Below are positions 63,934 to 64,000 of a DNA stretch of 64,000 nt, one piece after another. How positions within the stretch are numbered: position 1 is the stretch's first letter; every line of letters starts with the position of its first letter. The position numbers and the translations under genes were made by a program. The DNA comes from an uncultured Actinomycetes bacterium (lineage in GTDB: Bacteria > Actinomycetota > Thermoleophilia > Gaiellales > Gaiellaceae), in assembly GCA_963794605.1 (NCBI GenBank), contig CAWCEN010000003.1:113658-177657 (forward strand), read 5' to 3'. The notes under the pieces were generated by a model. The model made no database searches, was not told the origin of the DNA, and worked only from the letters and a program-made list of their open reading frames with translations.

Positions 63934-64000
63934 ATGGCGTCGAAACGCGGTCACATGGCGCGGCGACGCACGAAACGCGTGCTCAAGCCTCGCGCGCCCT
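63934..64000 (+). CDS. 5' end of a CDS with a strongly basic N-terminus (FtsK expected here by synteny; unverified)
   Basis: ATG 63934 lies about 9 nt after GGAGGG. 'MASKRGHMARRRTKRVLKPRAP' runs off the window. Confidence 0.3.
   Translation, partial: MASKRGHMARRRTKRVLKPRAP

Overview
This is a 64-kb, very GC-rich chromosomal segment with actinobacterial gene order. From synteny and the presence of mIHF I infer a deep-branching Actinomycetota lineage (Thermoleophilia/Rubrobacteria-like).

The left ~12 kb is accessory:
- It holds a 5'-truncated LuxR/LAL regulator, several orphan small genes, and a ~6-kb compositionally atypical stretch (about 5.75-11.70 kb).
- I read that stretch as two decayed integrative elements stacked at an intact tRNA-Arg(CCG).
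- The support is two degenerate direct copies of the tRNA 3' end, a tyrosine-recombinase 3' fragment and two complementary HNH-nuclease halves on opposite strands.
- The stretch also contains an inverted paralogous gene pair with one copy interrupted, and a 1.3-kb ORF-free, hairpin-dense segment.

The remaining ~52 kb is core housekeeping:
- glbN-tetR-MFS
- M43 protease / dipeptide epimerase / DUF1611 / secreted TIM-barrel hydrolase
- a LexA-box-controlled YneA/ChiZ-like LysM gene
- rnz and an S9 peptidase
- pyrR-pyrB-pyrC-carA-carB-pyrK-pyrD
- mihF-gmk-rpoZ and coaBC
- moxR-DUF58-transglutaminase and dtd
- a frameshifted Ser/Thr kinase translationally abutting an FHA-cyclase-STAND protein
- rimP-nusA-ylxR-infB-DUF503-rbfA-nrnA-truB-ribF
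- ggt, rpsO-pnp and an M16 peptidase
- dapB-(lipoprotein)-dapA-rnj

I found no CRISPR array, rRNA, tmRNA or intact transposase. Most long antisense or off-frame ORFs in the track are GC-content artefacts. All calls come from reading the sequence and motifs by eye; no database search was run.
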